The notes under the pieces are model-generated. The model did not search any database, was not told the origin of the DNA, and was given only the letters and a program-made list of their open reading frames with translations. From assembly GCA_027052175.1 (NCBI GenBank), contig JALUFE010000013.1, positions 1 to 58,172 on the forward strand: a DNA stretch of 58,172 nucleotides, written 5' to 3'. Both the position numbers and the translations under genes were made by a program. Of the stretch, positions 58,012 through 58,172 are shown one piece after another; position 1 is the first letter of the stretch, and each line of letters begins with the position of its first letter. The DNA is from Helicobacteraceae bacterium (GTDB lineage: Bacteria > Campylobacterota > Campylobacteria > Campylobacterales > Sulfurimonadaceae).

Positions 58012-58172
58012 TTATGCGGCGATTTTAGTGATGCGGACTCTTGTGAAGTCTCTTCTGAAACCTCTTTTTGTTTTCGAGTCTTTTCTACGTCTTTTCTTGA
58101 AAGTGATAACTTTTTTATCACGCCCTTCGTTGATGACTTCAGCAGTGACTTTCGCACCCTCTACAAATGGAG
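58012..58172 (-). CDS. rplU: 50S ribosomal protein L21 (3' part; 5' end outside the window)
   Basis: The minus-strand frame reads ...[52 protein letters not shown], stopping at 58012-58014. Confidence 0.9.
   Translation of the reverse strand, partial: PFVEGAKVTAEVINEGRDKKVITFKKRRRKDSKTKRGFRRDFTRVRITKIAA

Overview
This 58.2-kb chromosomal window reads like a Campylobacterota (epsilonproteobacterial) genome: mid-40s %GC by eye, AAGGA-type ribosome-binding sites, and many 1-8 nt gene overlaps. No rRNA, tRNA, CRISPR array, transposase or integrase was recognised.

The left third (1-18.9 kb) is a denitrification / nitric-oxide island:
- a DUF2249 / polytopic His-rich membrane protein / DUF59 trio;
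- an atypical heme-copper-oxidase (HCO) subunit II/I pair;
- heme d1 and siroheme genes (fused nirDL, sirC-like, cobA/nirE, nirJ, nirF, a small cytochrome c);
- a di-heme cytochrome c peroxidase;
- cd1 nitrite reductase nirS and cNOR norCB;
- a Crp/Fnr-family regulator with three matching TTGAT-N4-ATCAA boxes.

The rest is housekeeping: guaB, metY, metX, xseB, a Fe(III)-type ABC importer, murC, ung, ttcA, mtnN and fabD. It ends in a long minus-strand block, slyD - ybgF - pal - tolB - tolA-like - tolR - tolQ - atpCDGAHFF' - parBA - birA - fmt - proB - obg - rpmA - rplU. As far as I recall, this block is collinear with C. jejuni Cj0094-Cj0117.

Most interesting observations:
1. The second HCO pair has Asp-x3-Asp where cNOR has His-x3-Glu, and its cupredoxin subunit has lost all CuA ligands. 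It is a candidate non-canonical NO reductase.
2. An FNR/Dnr-type regulon has boxes centred about -41.5 from candidate -10 hexamers. One box is shared by divergent promoters.
3. atpG carries an apparent 1-nt frameshift.
4. An 18-bp perfect inverted repeat encloses 132 nt upstream of slyD (candidate structured sRNA).
5. Tightly coupled micro-ORFs, possibly frameshifted, lie between ttcA and ung, followed by a ung-coupled macro-domain gene.
6. A compact sigma54-activator-like protein lacks the GAFTGA loop.

All functional calls rest on motifs read by eye. No database search was run.
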